NCBI GenBank assembly: GCA_964247125.1
Contig: CAXTSZ010000002.1
Coordinates: forward strand, 2,825-66,824
Direction: 5' to 3'
Source of the DNA: an uncultured bacterium
GTDB lineage: Bacteria; Cyanobacteriota; Cyanobacteriia; Cyanobacteriales; Chamaesiphonaceae
Length of the DNA stretch: 64,000 nucleotides
Positions 37,408-46,374 of this stretch are shown in pieces. Position 1 is the first letter of the stretch, and each line of letters begins with the position of its first letter. A model generated the notes under the pieces. It was not told where the DNA came from. It searched no databases and worked only from the letters and a program-made list of their open reading frames with translations. A program made the translations under genes and the position numbers.

Positions 37408-38760
37408 ATGCAGTTACCAGATGGGCCAAAAAATAATCTTTTTCTTCGTTTACTTACAACGCTGGAATGGGTTTATCGCCCAGTTGAATTCTTAGATGAA
37501 TGTGCTGAACGTTATGGTGATCCCATTTGCTTTGGGGGTGAAAAATCTTCACCTGTTATCTATTTTAGCAATCCGGAAGATATTAAGCAGATCTTTACTG
37601 CTCCTCCAGACCTTTTTAGCCGGGGATCTAAAAATCATTTCTTAAAAACACTATTGGGACAAAACTCTTTATTTTTGCTCGATGGTAAAGCTCACAGCCG
37701 TCAGCGTCGCTTATTAATGCCGCCCTTTCATGGGGAGCGGATGCGTGTCTACGGTCAATATATTTGTGAGGCAACTGAACTGACAACCCAGCAATGGAGC
37801 TTAAACAAACCGTTTATTATTCGGGAATCGATCCAAGAGATTTCATTGAAAGTTATTCTACATTGCGTTTTTGGGTTAACTGAAGACTGTTGGCTGGAGG
37901 AGATTTTTCAGCTTCTCAAATCATTCATGGCCAAGATTGATACTCCTGCTTTTGCTAGTTTCATCTTTATTCGGATCCTGCAAAAGGATTTAGGTTCATG
38001 GAGTCCTTGGGGAGATTTTTTGGGTAAAGTGCAACAATTAGATGAACTAATCTATCGAATTATTACTGAACGACGGACTCAACTGCTTGAATCTCGATCG
38101 GACATCTTAAGTTTAATGATGATGGCTCAAGATGAGCAAGGTGAAGCCATGACGGATGTTGAACTCCGTGATGAATTGATTACGTTGTTATTTACTGGTA
38201 ATGATACAACTGTTTCGGCGGTAGTCTGGGCTTTATATTGGATCGATCGTCTCCCAGCAGTCCAAGAGCGATTATTACAAGAATTAGATTCGCTCTCTAA
38301 CTTTGACCCTAGTGATGTTGTACGGCTTCCGTATCTGACAGCAGTTTGTCAAGAAACTCTCCGGATTTATCCGGTGGCACTTTTTGCTACTGCCAGGATT
38401 TTGAAGGCTCCTTTCCAGGTAGGTAATTATTTGTTCAATCCCGGTACCATACTCGTTCCGTCAATTTATTTGACTCATCGGCGGGCAGATATATACCCAG
38501 AACCCACCCAGTTCCAGCCAGAACGTTTTCTAGAGAAACAGTATTCTCCTTATGAGTATCTTCCCTTCGGCGGTGGTAACCGCTCTTGTATCGGCATGGC
38601 TTTTGCAATGTTTCAAATGAAAGTTATACTGGCTAAAATTCTGTGTGATTTTAAGGTGTCCCGAACGAATCAAGATCCGCTTAAACCGTCCCGTCGTAGT
38701 ATCACCGTTGCCCCGCCCAGTAATATGCAAATGATTGTACAGAAGCGTTCTAACAAGTGA
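37408..38760 (+). CDS. Cytochrome P450 (CYP110-like)
   Basis: The LPDGPK N-terminus is typical of cyanobacterial CYP110. K-helix ETLRIYP (ExxR) and heme loop FGGGNRSCIGMAFA. The I-helix reads FTGNDTT. Confidence 0.9.
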   Translation: MQLPDGPKNNLFLRLLTTLEWVYRPVEFLDECAERYGDPICFGGEKSSPVIYFSNPEDIKQIFTAPPDLFSRGSKNHFLKTLLGQNSLFLLDGKAHSRQRRLLMPPFHGERMRVYGQYICEATELTTQQWSLNKPFIIRESIQEISLKVILHCVFGLTEDCWLEEIFQLLKSFMAKIDTPAFASFIFIRILQKDLGSWSPWGDFLGKVQQLDELIYRIITERRTQLLESRSDILSLMMMAQDEQGEAMTDVELRDELITLLFTGNDTTVSAVVWALYWIDRLPAVQERLLQELDSLSNFDPSDVVRLPYLTAVCQETLRIYPVALFATARILKAPFQVGNYLFNPGTILVPSIYLTHRRADIYPEPTQFQPERFLEKQYSPYEYLPFGGGNRSCIGMAFAMFQMKVILAKILCDFKVSRTNQDPLKPSRRSITVAPPSNMQMIVQKRSNK

Positions 38761-38770
38761 ATTTCAGCCT

Positions 38771-39643
38771 ATGCTTTCTACTGTTTCTGCTCCCTATCTT
38801 TGGTCTTGGCAAGGGCAACAGCTAAAAGTAGCCTATTCTACCGGAGGCTGCGGTAAATCGATCTTACTGCTACCCGCTTTTAGTACAGTCTCCAGTCGTG
38901 GCGAAGTGGCCGAGATTGCGACCATCTTGGCCAAGGAATTCCGGGTGACTACCGTAGATTTTCCAGGTTTTGGGGATTCCGATCGATCGCCACTCCCCTA
39001 CAACCCCGATCTATATCAACAATTCCTCACCGACTTTATCCGGGACGTGGTGCCCCAGCCGTTGACAGTCGTAGCCACTGGCCATACCGCCGGCTATGTC
39101 ATGAAATTAGCCCAGCAACAGCCGCATCTTTTTGAACAGATTATTTTGGTAGCTCCAACCTGGCGCGGCCCACTACCAACCATGATGAAAGGCCAAAAGC
39201 CTTGGTTTAAATTTCTCAAAGAATTAGTTCGATCGCCAATTCTCGGTCAAGCCCTTTACCAAATCAATACCACTCCGGGCTTTTTGCGGATGATGTACCA
39301 ACGGCATGTCTACGCCACCGCTGCTAGGATCACCCCAGAATTGATTGCCCACAAACGCCAAATAACCCAACAAGCCGGAGCAAGGTTTGCCCCCGCCGCT
39401 TTTGTGACCGGTGGTTTAGATCCCGTAGACGATCGCGAAACCTTTCAATCTTTCTTTAAAGATCTTCAGATCCCGCTGCTGCTGATCATTGGCGCTGACT
39501 GTCCCCCCAAATCGAAAGCCGAGATGGAGTCGATCGCTCAACTACCAGGAATGAAGACCGTGACGCTACCAGGAACTTTGGGCATGCACGAAGAATATGC
39601 GCCTGAGGTGGCGATCGAGATTCGCCAAGTTCTCCAGCCATGA
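38771..39643 (+). CDS. Alpha/beta-hydrolase-fold protein with Thr at the nucleophile-elbow position
   Basis: LLLPAFSTVSS, FPGFGDSD, elbow VVATGHTAGY (G-H-T-A-G rather than G-x-S-x-G). The ATG at 38771 is preferred to the tracked 38735, which overlaps the P450 gene. Confidence 0.7.
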   Translation: MLSTVSAPYLWSWQGQQLKVAYSTGGCGKSILLLPAFSTVSSRGEVAEIATILAKEFRVTTVDFPGFGDSDRSPLPYNPDLYQQFLTDFIRDVVPQPLTVVATGHTAGYVMKLAQQQPHLFEQIILVAPTWRGPLPTMMKGQKPWFKFLKELVRSPILGQALYQINTTPGFLRMMYQRHVYATAARITPELIAHKRQITQQAGARFAPAAFVTGGLDPVDDRETFQSFFKDLQIPLLLIIGADCPPKSKAEMESIAQLPGMKTVTLPGTLGMHEEYAPEVAIEIRQVLQP

Positions 39644-41136
39644 CCGAGCCAATTGTCACTATGGCCCAAATGCAAGCGATCGAAGGCCAGCTGTTTGCCG
39701 CCGGGATGCCGGTGGCCGCTCTGATGGAAAAAGTTGGTGGCTTAATTAGTCGGCGCTTTCAGCAACTATTTCCGCTGAAGAGTTATGAACGAGTCGGCGT
39801 GGTGTTTGGGGCTGGCCACAATGGTGGTGATGCTTTGGTGGTAGCCAGAGAACTGTATTTTTGCGGCTACCAAGTCATCATCTACAGCCCCAGTGATAAA
39901 TTCAAAGATCTGACAGCTCAACATTATCAATACGCCACCAGTCTGGGGTTAGTGAGAGTTGCTAGCATCACGGAGCTGCAAGATTGCGCGGTGATTCTCG
40001 ATGGAATTTTTGGGTGTGGTCTGGATCGATCGCTAAGTGCCGAATTAGTCGCAGTGATGACAAAGATTAACCAGCTGTCCTTGCCGATCGTCAGTATTGA
40101 TTTACCTTCGGGCATTCATGCTGATACCGGCGCGGTCTTAGGAGCGGCGATTCGAGCTAGCCATACTTTTTGCTTAGGACTCTGGAAACTGGCCTTTGCC
40201 ACAGACCAAGCTCTGGCCTACTTGGGAGCCACCGAGCTGTTGGATTTTGATATGCCCCCAGCCGCTATCCAGGCGGTGTTAGAGACATCAAGTCCGATCC
40301 AAATGATGACGAGGGCCACAGCCGATCGATATCTGCCACGGCAGCGCCCCTTGGTTACACACAAATATCAGCAGGGTCATTTATTACTGGTAGTTGGTTC
40401 CTGGCAATATGCGGGAGCCGCAATCCTGGCTGGACTGGGTGCGAGAGCCAGTGGCGTGGGATTACTATCGATCGCGGTTCCTAATTCTATCAAACTGGCG
40501 CTGCTTCAGCAGTTGCCCGATGCGATCATCATTGGCTGTCCCGAAACAGCGCAAGGTGCGATCGCCCAACTACCAGATTTAAACTGGTCTAAATATACGG
40601 CCATTACCTGCGGCTGTGGTCTCACCACGGAGCCAGTGGCAGTCGTGAAACTATTACTTACCCAAGAACTACCATTGTTGTTGGATGCTGATGCCTTGAA
40701 TATTTTGGCGGAGCTACCCCTAAGTCTGTGGAGCCATCGCGTAGCACCGACGCTCCTTACTCCCCACGAAGGCGAATGGCGCAGACTGTTCCCAGCAGAT
40801 AATAACCAGCGACTAGCTGCCGTGATCCAAAAAGCAGCGCAGACCAGATCGATCGTCCTCCGCAAAGGTGCCCGAACAATCATCTCTGATGGTCAGCAAA
40901 CTTGGGTGATTAATAATGGCACGCCAGCACTGGCGAGAGGGGGCAGTGGTGACGTGTTAACTGGCTTGATCGGCGGCTCGATGTCTGCAACAAAACCAAC
41001 TGATTTACTGCAAACTGTGGCTAGTGCTAACTGGCTTCATGCTCAGGCGGGCAGCCAGGCTGCCCAAGAACGAGGCCTAGCTGGGGTAGATGCTTTTACC
41101 CTCAGCAAATATTTAATACCAGCGATTAGCAATTAG
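39640..41136 (+). CDS. nnr: Bifunctional NAD(P)H-hydrate epimerase / ADP-dependent dehydratase
   Basis: YjeF_N motif GAGHNGGDALVVAREL and the C-terminal carbohydrate-kinase motif GGSGDVLTGLIGG. Confidence 0.9.
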   Translation: MTEPIVTMAQMQAIEGQLFAAGMPVAALMEKVGGLISRRFQQLFPLKSYERVGVVFGAGHNGGDALVVARELYFCGYQVIIYSPSDKFKDLTAQHYQYATSLGLVRVASITELQDCAVILDGIFGCGLDRSLSAELVAVMTKINQLSLPIVSIDLPSGIHADTGAVLGAAIRASHTFCLGLWKLAFATDQALAYLGATELLDFDMPPAAIQAVLETSSPIQMMTRATADRYLPRQRPLVTHKYQQGHLLLVVGSWQYAGAAILAGLGARASGVGLLSIAVPNSIKLALLQQLPDAIIIGCPETAQGAIAQLPDLNWSKYTAITCGCGLTTEPVAVVKLLLTQELPLLLDADALNILAELPLSLWSHRVAPTLLTPHEGEWRRLFPADNNQRLAAVIQKAAQTRSIVLRKGARTIISDGQQTWVINNGTPALARGGSGDVLTGLIGGSMSATKPTDLLQTVASANWLHAQAGSQAAQERGLAGVDAFTLSKYLIPAISN

Positions 41137-41417
41137 TTTTCAGCGCGGTTGGCGACTAGACCCCATAAGAAAATCGCAATAATGGCACCGACAACAGCCA
41201 CCCCAATACTACCCAAGCTTAGAATCTGGCCATTTTTGACTGGAGCCATCAACGTTTTGTATTTCACCAAGTTGTGGAGTGCGCCACCGATGAACGATCC
41301 GGCAATCCCTAAAGCCGCAGTAGCCAAGAAGCCACCACCTTGACGACCAGGGACAATTAGTTTGGCAATCCCACCAGCAATGATACCCAAGATAATCCAA
41401 GCAATGATTCCAAACAT
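41133..41417 (-). CDS. GlsB/YeaQ/YmgE family (transglycosylase-associated) membrane protein
   Basis: 94 aa. Gly-rich TM helices IIAWIILGIIAGGIAKLIVPGRQGGG. Confidence 0.8.
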   Translation of the reverse strand: MFGIIAWIILGIIAGGIAKLIVPGRQGGGFLATAALGIAGSFIGGALHNLVKYKTLMAPVKNGQILSLGSIGVAVVGAIIAIFLWGLVANRAEN

Positions 41418-41572
41418 GTGTTGTTCTCCATAATTATTAGATTCTCTTTAGAATAGCGATTACTTCGATCATTTTGCAGAACTGCGCAAACAATCATCAC
41501 AAAAACAGCGCGCAATTGCTGGAAATAGTTTTTCATTGGAGAATGTGCATAATGACCACATTTTTATAACCA

Positions 41573-43147
41573 ATGGCAATTTCGATCGACTTTGGCACTA
41601 GCAATACCGTAATTGCCCGCTGGAACCCTGCTACGCAGCAAGCCGAGACTATTAATTTGCCAGGATTATCGTTAGTTGCTGCACTTAATCCGCCCTTAAT
41701 CCCCAGTTTGGTCTATGTCAATAATGCCGCTACCAATGATTTCATGATTGGTCAGGCAGTGCGCGATCGAGGTTTAGACATCGCCAGCGATCAACGCTCT
41801 TTTGCTGGATTCAAACGGGGGATTGGGGTAAAAATTCAAGGATTTTTGCCAGAATTAGATGGCCTTCAAATTACCTTTGAGCAAGTTGGAGAATGGTTTT
41901 TGCAACAGGTATTGCGATCGATCGATCTAAACAATGAATCTTTGGTTGTAACGGTGCCTGTCGATAGTTTTGATACTTACCGCAGTTGGTTAGGCCGTGT
42001 TTGTACCCAGCTATCGATCGAACAAGTCTCACTGCTAGATGAATCTACCGCTGCGGCGCTGGGCTATGGTCTCGATAGTGGCTTGATTTTGGTGATCGAT
42101 GGCGGTGGCGGTACGATCGATTTATCCCTCGTTCAACTAGTAGCCACGCCCAGCCAGCAATTGGGTTTTCTGCTTAAATTCGGCAACAAAGTGCTGGATA
42201 AATCCGCCCAAAAACCGCAGTTAGCCAAAGTAATTGCGAAAGCTGGTCAAAATCTGGGGGGCACCGATATCGATCGCTGGATTGCCGAATATCTAGCTGC
42301 CCAGCAAGGCTTACGAGTCACCTCTTTGATCTTACGGCTGGCTGAAAAGCTCAAGATTCAGCTCTCTGCGCAAACCACGGCCACCGAAGTATTTTTTGAT
42401 GACCAAGCCTTTGAAACCTATGAATTTCAGCTTACCCGTACTGAACTAGACCAAATTTTGACCGACCGCGAGCTATTTACCCAGCTAGATGAACTGCTTA
42501 AGTCAATTAATCAGCAGGTTGAACAACAGGACATGAGTCTTAGTAGTGTTGATGCTGTTCTGCTCGTCGGTGGCACCACGCAAATGCCTGCTCTCCAATC
42601 TTGGATTGCCCAGCACTTTGAGCCAAGCAAAATCAAAAATTTTAAGCCCTTTGAAGCGATCGCCCACGGTGCCCTGCAAATTACCCAGGGTTTAGAAGTC
42701 ACTGACTTTTTGTATCATAGCTATGGTATTCGCTACTGGGATCGTCGCCAAAATCGTCATAACTGGCATCGGGTGATTAATGCGGGTCAACCCTACCCCA
42801 TGAATCAGCCCGTCGAAATCATGCTGGGCGCTTCTCAGGCCAATCAACCCAGTATTGAACTAATTATTGGCGAGCTGGGTACCGCAACTGGCAGCACCGA
42901 AATTTACTTTGATGGCGATCGGCTAATCACCAAAAACTTAGCTACCGGCGTGGCTGTCGTTCGACCGCTGAATGACAGCACTGCGGCCAAGAATATTGCC
43001 CAACTTGATCCGCTTGGGTTCCCAGGTAGCGATCGGATTCGAGTGAGGTTTACGGTCGATCGACAGCGCTGTTTGCGCCTCACGGTCTATGACTTACTCA
43101 CTAGTCAAAATCTTATAGAGGATATGGTGGTTGCGGAACTCAGCTAA
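41573..43147 (+). CDS. Hsp70-family (DnaK-like) protein, short form
   Basis: MAISIDFGTSNTVIARW (phosphate-1), DESTAAALGY, VIDGGGGTIDLS (phosphate-2), LLVGGTTQMP (adenosine). At 524 aa it lacks a canonical lid/EEVD tail. Confidence 0.85.
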   Translation: MAISIDFGTSNTVIARWNPATQQAETINLPGLSLVAALNPPLIPSLVYVNNAATNDFMIGQAVRDRGLDIASDQRSFAGFKRGIGVKIQGFLPELDGLQITFEQVGEWFLQQVLRSIDLNNESLVVTVPVDSFDTYRSWLGRVCTQLSIEQVSLLDESTAAALGYGLDSGLILVIDGGGGTIDLSLVQLVATPSQQLGFLLKFGNKVLDKSAQKPQLAKVIAKAGQNLGGTDIDRWIAEYLAAQQGLRVTSLILRLAEKLKIQLSAQTTATEVFFDDQAFETYEFQLTRTELDQILTDRELFTQLDELLKSINQQVEQQDMSLSSVDAVLLVGGTTQMPALQSWIAQHFEPSKIKNFKPFEAIAHGALQITQGLEVTDFLYHSYGIRYWDRRQNRHNWHRVINAGQPYPMNQPVEIMLGASQANQPSIELIIGELGTATGSTEIYFDGDRLITKNLATGVAVVRPLNDSTAAKNIAQLDPLGFPGSDRIRVRFTVDRQRCLRLTVYDLLTSQNLIEDMVVAELS

Positions 43148-43263
43148 ATCCATATCTACAGTTCATCAAGATCAGTTTCTAGATCCCGGAGTTTGGCGTT
43201 GATTGATAAATGGTTTACGATCGTCATGCTGTCCAAAACTTTCATCGGGTACTCTAGGCCGCC

Positions 43264-44643
43264 ATGTTCAGAAAAATAAGCTTTCAAAATTTTAAGTCCT
43301 GGAAAGACACGGGTGAAATAGAGCTAGCTCCGATCACAGGTTTTTTCGGTGCTAACAGTTCTGGGAAGTCATCGATTCTGCAATTTCTTTTGATGTTGAA
43401 GCAGACGATGGAATCAACCGATCGACAGCGAGTTTTGCATACTGGGGACGATCGTAGCTATGTAAATCTGGGCACCCTTCATGATATTGCCCATCAACAT
43501 ATTTTGCCGACTACAATTAGTTTTTCTCTGGAGTGGCTTAGTACAAAAAGAGCCATCGAAATACAGGTGAATAATCCTCCAGCTCCTTCTTCTTCGTTTG
43601 ATAGAATGAGGTTTTCATCGGAAATTTGGATAGATGAAAATGATATATTCATTGACAACTTCTACTATAGATTCTTTTCGGGATCACATCCATATAACAA
43701 TACGGATATGGAACTTAGAAAAAAGAGTCACACGAGAGAAATAGAATATGAATTAAAGTCTGACAGGTGGTCAGGGGCAACTAGAGCTAAACCTCGTGAG
43801 GCATATTGGAAAACTTTGCCATCTCCTATTCGGAACTATGGATTTCCAGAAGAAGCTAACAATCACTATACATTCTTATCTGATTTTGCGCTTGCTTATG
43901 AAAAAGCTTGGCAGTCAACTTATTACCTGGGGCCATTGAGAGAATATCCCAAGCGTACTTATTACTGGTCTGGCGAGAATCCTCAAGATGTCGGTCGCCG
44001 AGGTGAATTTGCTATTCCAGCCCTACTTTCTTCTCGCAAACTACCCCAAATCAAACATGGTGAACAGACAATTACAATCGAAGAGCGTATAGCCATTTGG
44101 TTAAAAGATTTAGGACTTATTGATAGCTTTTGTGTGCAGCCAATTGCTGAAGGTCGTCAGGAATACGAGGTTAAAGTTCGACGCTTTCCTCGGGCTTCTG
44201 ATGTTCTGATTACTGATGTGGGCTTTGGCGTTTCTCAAGTTTTACCTGTCTTAGTCCTTTGTTACTATGTACCAGAAGGATCGACCATTATTTTTGAGCA
44301 GCCAGAGATTCATCTGCATCCATCTGTGCAATCAGGACTAGCTGATGTGCTTATTGATGTAATGAAGACTCGGAATGTTCAAATCATTCTAGAAAGCCAT
44401 AGTGAACATTTACTTCATCGCCTCCAGCGTCGCATTGCCGAAGAAAAAGATGGTCTAACCAATCAAGATGTTAAACTTTATTTCTGCAATTCTGCCCAAG
44501 ATGGCAGCTCTAACCTGACAGCACTGCAAATTGACTCTTTTGGAAACATCGCCAATTGGCCAGAGAATTTCTTTGGCGATGAGATGGGCGATTTATTTGC
44601 CATGACAGAAGCTGCGATGAAACGTCAACTGGTTAATGATTAG
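43264..44643 (+). CDS. ABC/OLD-type AAA_21-like ATPase with DUF3696-like C-terminal tail
   Basis: ISFQNFKSW opening, Walker A GANSSGKSS, YLGPLRE, signature-like DVGFGVSQVLP, Walker B plus D-loop IIFEQPEIHLHP, H-loop ILESHSEHLL, and the tail NWPENFFGDE. Confidence 0.8.
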   Translation: MFRKISFQNFKSWKDTGEIELAPITGFFGANSSGKSSILQFLLMLKQTMESTDRQRVLHTGDDRSYVNLGTLHDIAHQHILPTTISFSLEWLSTKRAIEIQVNNPPAPSSSFDRMRFSSEIWIDENDIFIDNFYYRFFSGSHPYNNTDMELRKKSHTREIEYELKSDRWSGATRAKPREAYWKTLPSPIRNYGFPEEANNHYTFLSDFALAYEKAWQSTYYLGPLREYPKRTYYWSGENPQDVGRRGEFAIPALLSSRKLPQIKHGEQTITIEERIAIWLKDLGLIDSFCVQPIAEGRQEYEVKVRRFPRASDVLITDVGFGVSQVLPVLVLCYYVPEGSTIIFEQPEIHLHPSVQSGLADVLIDVMKTRNVQIILESHSEHLLHRLQRRIAEEKDGLTNQDVKLYFCNSAQDGSSNLTALQIDSFGNIANWPENFFGDEMGDLFAMTEAAMKRQLVND

Positions 44644-45133
44644 GGCTATGAAAGCAGTTATCGATACTAATGTTTTAATCGCGGCTAATGGGCGAGATTG
44701 CACACAAGTGACTATTAACTGTCAACAGCGATCGATGCAATATTTGCGAGATATTCAACAGACTGGAATAATTGCGATCGATGATCGATGGCTAATCTTG
44801 AAGGAGTATCAAAACAAAGTTAATCCATCGGGACAACCTGGTATCGGCGATGCTTTCTTAAAATGGGTCTTGACTAACCAAGCAAATTCTGAACGTTGCA
44901 ATCGCATAAAGATACATCCCATAGAGGGTAAAGGCTTTAAAGAATTCCCCGATGATCCTAGCTTGGAGAAGTTCGATCGATCAGATCGGAAATTCGTCGC
45001 AGTCGCTCTTGCGGCTGCCGATCGCCCGCCGATCATCAATGCTGTCGATTCTGACTGGATGGAGTTTTATGAGTCTTTAACAGAGTGTGGAGTCAAAATC
45101 GAGTTTCTCTGTCCTGATGTTGTAGCTCCATAG
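44636..45133 (+). CDS. PIN-like domain protein (predicted nuclease)
   Basis: KAVIDTNVLIAANG is a PIN first strand with an Asp. Further acidic positions lie in AIDDRW, FDRSDRKFVAVALAA and NAVDSDW. The ATG at 44636 overlaps the ATPase stop by 8 nt; an alternative ATG lies at 44648. Confidence 0.6.
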   Translation: MIRAMKAVIDTNVLIAANGRDCTQVTINCQQRSMQYLRDIQQTGIIAIDDRWLILKEYQNKVNPSGQPGIGDAFLKWVLTNQANSERCNRIKIHPIEGKGFKEFPDDPSLEKFDRSDRKFVAVALAAADRPPIINAVDSDWMEFYESLTECGVKIEFLCPDVVAP

Positions 45134-45146
45134 CCTAGAGGGAAAA

Positions 45147-46373
45147 GTGTCAAGATCTAAAAAGCGAACTGTATTAACAAGCAATGGGCAAGTGTCAGCA
45201 GCCTACCTCCATATCCCCTTCTGTCGCCGACGCTGCTACTACTGCGACTTCCCTGTTTACGTAGTAGGCGACAAACGCAGTGGTGAAAACTCTCAAATGG
45301 TGCAAACCTATGTCGAAGTGATCTGTCAGGAAATCACCGCCAGCCATCACTACGGACAACCCCTCAACACAGTATTTTTCGGCGGTGGCACCCCCTCCCT
45401 TCTCACCCCCTCCCAACTAGCCAAAATTCTCCAGACCTTAGAGAAGTCGATCGGCATTTCCCCCAGTGCCGAAATCTCGATGGAAATTGATCCCGGCACT
45501 TTTACGCTCGATCAACTCCAAGCTTACCTAGCCGCCGGCATCAACCGGATCAGTATGGGCGTTCAAGCTTGGCAAGATCCTTTGCTACAAGTCTGTGGCC
45601 GTTCCCATCACCTTGCCGATATCGAAAAATCGATCGAACTCATCCACCGATCTGCCATCAAAAACTGGAGCCTGGATCTCATCTCCGGCTTACCCGACCA
45701 AACTATGACCATGTGGTTAGAATCATTGGGGAGATCGATCGCCGCCCACCCCACCCACATCTCCGTTTATGATCTCATCGTCGAAGCCCAAACCCCTTTT
45801 GCCAAACAATATCAGCCCAGCGAGTATCCCCTGCCTAGCGATACCATCACCGCCGATATGTATCGCACCGCCCAACAAATTTTAACAACCGCCGGCTACG
45901 AACATTACGAAATCTCTAACTACGCGCAACCAGGGTGCGCTTGCCAGCACAATCAGGTCTACTGGCAAAACCAACCTTACTACGCTTTTGGGATGGGAGC
46001 CGCTAGCTATCTCGATGGCACCCGCTTTACACGTCCCCGTTATACCCAAGATTATTTTCAATGGGTCGCCGCTGGCTGTTGCTACGAACCCGAGATCCTA
46101 GGCCAGACCGAACAATTTTTAGATACCATGATGCTCGGTCTGCGGTTAGCCAGCGGCTTGGAAATTCAGCCATTAATCGCTGCCTTTGGTGGGGATCTGT
46201 GGCAAGCGGCCTGGTCAAAACTCCAACGCTACACTCCCAAATGGGTAATTGTAGACAATCCAGCGCCTGCTTCGGAATTTGTTACCCCCCAGCGGGGCTA
46301 CATCCGACTCCGTGACCCCGAAGGTTTTTTGTATTCTAATACCATCCTCGCCAGCGTATTTGAGCTGGAATAG
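45147..46373 (+). CDS. hemW: Radical SAM heme chaperone HemW (HemN-like)
   Basis: AAYLHIPFCRRRCYYCDF (CxxxCxxC), FFGGGTPS, and a HemN_C-like tail. GTG start 13 nt after the PIN gene stop. Confidence 0.85.
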   Translation: MSRSKKRTVLTSNGQVSAAYLHIPFCRRRCYYCDFPVYVVGDKRSGENSQMVQTYVEVICQEITASHHYGQPLNTVFFGGGTPSLLTPSQLAKILQTLEKSIGISPSAEISMEIDPGTFTLDQLQAYLAAGINRISMGVQAWQDPLLQVCGRSHHLADIEKSIELIHRSAIKNWSLDLISGLPDQTMTMWLESLGRSIAAHPTHISVYDLIVEAQTPFAKQYQPSEYPLPSDTITADMYRTAQQILTTAGYEHYEISNYAQPGCACQHNQVYWQNQPYYAFGMGAASYLDGTRFTRPRYTQDYFQWVAAGCCYEPEILGQTEQFLDTMMLGLRLASGLEIQPLIAAFGGDLWQAAWSKLQRYTPKWVIVDNPAPASEFVTPQRGYIRLRDPEGFLYSNTILASVFELE

Positions 46374-46374
46374 C

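Noticed and set aside
43156-43245. 29-codon minus-strand ORF (MKVLDSMTIVNHLSINAKLRDLETDLDEL) just upstream of the ATPase gene
   Set aside because: It is too short, has no motif or RBS, and is on the opposite strand. It could be chance. It is only worth revisiting if conserved next to homologous cassettes.
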